A stretch of 64,000 nucleotides of DNA from Candidatus Poribacteria bacterium (GTDB taxonomy: Bacteria; Poribacteria; WGA-4E; PCPOR2b), in NCBI GenBank assembly GCA_965208675.1, contig OZ242351.1, positions 2,848,001 through 2,912,000 of the forward strand, in the 5' to 3' direction. This document shows positions 60,895-64,000 of the stretch, one piece after another. Within the stretch, counting starts at the first letter, position 1; the number at the start of each line of letters is the position of its first letter. The position numbers were made by a program, and so were the translations under genes. Below the pieces are notes generated by a model that searched no databases, was not told the DNA's origin, and saw nothing but the letters and a program-made list of their open reading frames with translations.

Positions 60895-61608
60895 ATGCCC
60901 GCTTCCATTCATGTAATCTTCACACCCAATCTTCTACCGATTTCACCTCCCACCGGCAAAACTGTCGTCGTCGCGGATATTTTGCGTGCCACAACCACCA
61001 TCACGTTTGCCATAGCAAATGGTGCGCTCAGTATCACGCCCGTTTTAACGCCGGATGACGCCTTTGAGTTTGCCGCGAATCGGCCGAATACCATAATTTG
61101 CGGAGAGCGCCGCGGCAAAAAGGTAAACGGTTTCCATCTTGGAAATTCGCCGTGCGAGTATACCAAAACCGCCGTATCGGGCAAACAAGTCGTTTTGACA
61201 ACAACAAACGGCACGCGCACCTTATGGGCGTGTCGTTCCGCTAAGCAGGTGCTCGTTGGCTGTTTTCTCAATCTTCACGCTATCATAAACTCGCTTATGC
61301 AAGTCGAAGGTGAGGTTGTCATAGTGTGCGCTGGACGAGAGGGCAGTTACTGCATGGAGGATACCGCCTTCGCAGGCGCATGTGTAGCCTCGTTGAATAC
61401 GGAGCATCTAACCGATGCCGCTGACGCAGCGAAAATACTTTATCGTGCGCATCGCCATAATCTGCACGGCATGTTGAAAGACTGCTATCACGGTCGAAAC
61501 CTTGCTGAGATTGGATTGGCGGACGATCTCGAATTTTGCGCTCAGCTTAATCTTGTTGATGTCGTGCCGATTCAGGTCGACGGACAAATCGTACCGTCGC
61601 ATTTTTAA
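60895..61608 (+). CDS. comB: 2-phosphosulfolactate phosphatase family
   Basis: DILRATTTI, GER.G, GNSP, TTTNGT, CAG, ED...AG. Confidence 0.9.
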   Translation: MPASIHVIFTPNLLPISPPTGKTVVVADILRATTTITFAIANGALSITPVLTPDDAFEFAANRPNTIICGERRGKKVNGFHLGNSPCEYTKTAVSGKQVVLTTTNGTRTLWACRSAKQVLVGCFLNLHAIINSLMQVEGEVVIVCAGREGSYCMEDTAFAGACVASLNTEHLTDAADAAKILYRAHRHNLHGMLKDCYHGRNLAEIGLADDLEFCAQLNLVDVVPIQVDGQIVPSHF

Positions 61609-61678
61609 TTGTGTCGGTTCGCATTAATTTACCCATTAAACATCAATAGCCCCAAAGGAAATCTTCAATCTCAAAAAG

Positions 61679-61874
61679 GCGCTTTGACATTTTTGTGATG
61701 TCGTCCGTAAACGTAGGGGCGGGGTCCCCCTCATTGAACAACCGCGGGCAGGGAACGCCTAATCATTACAGATTTGATATCTTCCTCATCTCTGTGGGAG
61801 CGACCTCCCGGACGCGATAATCCCCGAATGTCAATGCAAGCCAATTCAACAAAAAACATACCAACACGCCAACC
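61679..61874. repeat. ~200-bp dispersed repeat, copy 2
   Basis: Same orientation and block order as 55763-55962. Confidence 0.88.
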
Positions 61875-61995
61875 CGAAGCACCAGTGTGGGATCAAGCGA
61901 GTGATTAGCGAGCGCGATAGCGATTCTCAGGTGTACAGAATACTCATTGATGCAACCTAGGTAGAAAGTCCCCAACACCCAAAATGGAGAGATAT

Positions 61996-63441
61996 ATGGC
62001 AGAAATCGATCGGAAACAGGTCGAAGAAATCGTCGCGCAGGTAGTCCGAAATCTTCGAGATGACGGTCAGGTTTTATCACGAAATCCAGATCCCCCGCCT
62101 TCAGGTATGCCTGACTCGGTTGTGCATCCCACTGTCGATCAAGCGGTTGCAGCGGCAAAAGCCGCGCAGACTGAACTTGCGGCACTCGGATTTGCCAAGC
62201 GTGTAGAAATCATCGAAGCCATCAGAAAGGTTTCACTCGAACATGCAACGCGGTTAGCAGAGCTGGCGGTCAAAGACACGGACATGGGAACCGCCGAGCA
62301 TAAGACCATGAAGAATGAAGCCGCTGCAAGGCTTTCTCCCGGCGTCGAAGATTTACACTCAGAAACCACAACGGGCGATTCCGGGTTGTTGCTCGTCGAA
62401 TATGCGCCATTCGGTGTCATCAACTCCATTACGCCGACAACCAACCCAACATCAACCGTGATAAATCACGCTATCATTATGCTAGCAGCCGGAAACTCGG
62501 TCGTTTTCAGCCCCCACCCGAATGCGCGGGCATGCACGGAAGAAACCATGCGCGTAATCAACGAAGCAATTGTCAATGCCGGCGGCCCCTCTAATCTGCT
62601 TACATCCGTTGCGCAGGCGAGTTTGCGTACAGCGAAAGAGATTATGAGTCACCCGGATGTATCCATGCTCGTCGCAACAGGTGGAGGCAGCGTGGTTCGG
62701 GCTGCGTTGTCCAGCGGAAAGAAAGCCATCGCGGCAGGTCCGGGTAATCCGCCGGCAATTATTGACGAAACAGCGGATGTGAAAAAAGCCGCTAACGATG
62801 TCATCCTCGGCGCAAGTTTTGACAACAACCTGCTCTGCGTCGGTGAAAAAGCGCTCTTTGTCGTCGAATCCGTTGCCGATGAAGCTATCAGCGAACTTAC
62901 TCAGAATGGCGGTTACCCCATCGGGACCGGGGAACTCAACAAACTGCAAAACGTCGTTGACAAAAACGGGGACGTGAACCGCGAGTTTATCGGCAAAAAT
63001 GCAACCGCGATTCTCGGCGCCGCAGGCATCAACGCCCCGGCGAATACCGTGGTCATCGTTTTAGAAGTCTCGGCCGATCACCCCTTCGTAATAAACGAAT
63101 ACCTCATGCCGATTCTGCCGGTCGTACGCGTCAGCGATTTCAACGAGGCGGTTAAGGGAGCAACTGCCGCCGACGGCGGACGCAAGCACACTATCGTGCT
63201 CCACACCAACAACATGGCGCGAGTCACGCAGTTCACAAAAGCAATTAACGCTAACGTCGTGGTAGTCAATGCACCCTCATACGCCTGTGCCGCAATTGAC
63301 GGTGAGGGATTCCTGGCAATGACCATTGCAGGGCCAACCGGCGAAGGCTATACACGTCCGCGAACTTTTACGACTCGGCGGCAATTAACCATTGCAGGCG
63401 GCTTATCAATTCATACGTTGCGCAACACATCCGGAAAGTAA
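61996..63441 (+). CDS. CoA-acylating aldehyde dehydrogenase (EutE/PduP-like) with N-terminal BMC encapsulation peptide
   Basis: IDRKQVEEIVAQVVRNL; PFGVI.SITPTTNP, AGPGNPP, SFDNNLLC, GPTGEG. Confidence 0.92.
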   Translation: MAEIDRKQVEEIVAQVVRNLRDDGQVLSRNPDPPPSGMPDSVVHPTVDQAVAAAKAAQTELAALGFAKRVEIIEAIRKVSLEHATRLAELAVKDTDMGTAEHKTMKNEAAARLSPGVEDLHSETTTGDSGLLLVEYAPFGVINSITPTTNPTSTVINHAIIMLAAGNSVVFSPHPNARACTEETMRVINEAIVNAGGPSNLLTSVAQASLRTAKEIMSHPDVSMLVATGGGSVVRAALSSGKKAIAAGPGNPPAIIDETADVKKAANDVILGASFDNNLLCVGEKALFVVESVADEAISELTQNGGYPIGTGELNKLQNVVDKNGDVNREFIGKNATAILGAAGINAPANTVVIVLEVSADHPFVINEYLMPILPVVRVSDFNEAVKGATAADGGRKHTIVLHTNNMARVTQFTKAINANVVVVNAPSYACAAIDGEGFLAMTIAGPTGEGYTRPRTFTTRRQLTIAGGLSIHTLRNTSGK

Positions 63442-63546
63442 ACCATCCGAATTTGCTCTTACCCTCGGCTAGTAAATCCGATAATCAATCGCCAAGTTTA
63501 ACACCCTGCGCTATCGATCCATTTATTACCGCAACTGGAGAGTGAC

Positions 63547-64000
63547 ATGAAAATTTCCGAAATCCACACCTATGTTGTGGACGGCGGCTGGAGGCCCTGG
63601 ATATTTGTCAAAATACAGACAGACGATGGCATAACCGGATACGGCGAATGCAGCGACAGCAAGAACCCTTACGGAATTGTAGGAACGATCGATGACTTAA
63701 AGCCCATCCTCATCGGTGAAGACCCTAGAGCCTACGAAATGCGGTTCTGGGACATGATCCGAAGCACACGCCAGAGTCCGGGCGGAATTGCTGCCAAGGC
63801 GATTGCCGGAATTGAATGTGCGTTGATTGACATTAAAGCGAAGGCGCTCGGCATCTCGGTCGTCGAACTGTTCGGCGGCCCTACCCGTGAAGCCGTGCGC
63901 CTCTACTGGTCACATTGCGGCACGACTAGAGCAGTTCATGCTGAACTTCTAAGCACGCCCCCGCTCAGAAGTATGGACGACATTGCGGAGCTAGCTCATG
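63547..64000 (+). CDS. Mandelate racemase/enolase-superfamily dehydratase (3' partial; not in ORF track)
   Basis: GGAGAG RBS; MKISEIHTYVVDGGWRPWIFVKIQTDDGITGYGE...AIAGIECALIDIKAKALG...LFGG..R..VRLY. Confidence 0.9.
   Translation, partial: MKISEIHTYVVDGGWRPWIFVKIQTDDGITGYGECSDSKNPYGIVGTIDDLKPILIGEDPRAYEMRFWDMIRSTRQSPGGIAAKAIAGIECALIDIKAKALGISVVELFGGPTREAVRLYWSHCGTTRAVHAELLSTPPLRSMDDIAELAH

Noticed and set aside
34155-61608. Coenzyme M/sulfolactate pathway from the Ldh_2 (ComC-like) and ComB genes
   Set aside because: The genes are 26 kb apart, both families are broad, and no comA/comDE is present.

Overview
Bacterial chromosomal segment, most likely Candidatus Poribacteria. This is an inference from the expanded secreted WD40 proteins with an 'LLQNYPNPFNPETWIPYQL' C-terminal domain, a LamG protein ending '...KLAVTWGSMK', PhyH dioxygenases and a BMC-type aldehyde dehydrogenase. 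1-14 kb is an array of five secreted WD40 beta-propeller genes plus a TonB-dependent receptor and a TolB-like protein. 14-17 kb is a Rieske/cytochrome b operon led by an FMN-binding-domain + cytochrome b562-like fusion in place of a c-type cytochrome. Next come yebC-ruvCAB-hicBA-queA-yajC, a GldA/F/G-like ABC + DUF4340 operon, a PhyH/amidohydrolase/M24/Ldh_2 catabolic cluster and a frameshifted WD40 gene. These are followed by alpha-2-macroglobulin-pbpC, a stand-alone LarE C-terminal domain + aryl-sulfate sulfotransferase, a PTPS-III-like gene, ECF sigma/anti-sigma/HtrA (catalytic His missing), aroK-aroB-aroQ-efp-accBC-comB, and an EutE-like aldehyde dehydrogenase with an encapsulation peptide. 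Intergenic DNA carries many GTAG-type REP-like elements and a ~200-bp dispersed repeat. No rRNA, tRNA, CRISPR array, transposase or reverse transcriptase was seen. Best novelty candidates: (i) a ~17-aa C-terminal motif shared by unrelated secreted proteins (possible sorting signal), (ii) a 14-blade WD40 repertoire with constant caps and blade shuffling, (iii) the b562-type Rieske/cyt b complex. All family assignments come from motif recognition by eye; no searches were run.
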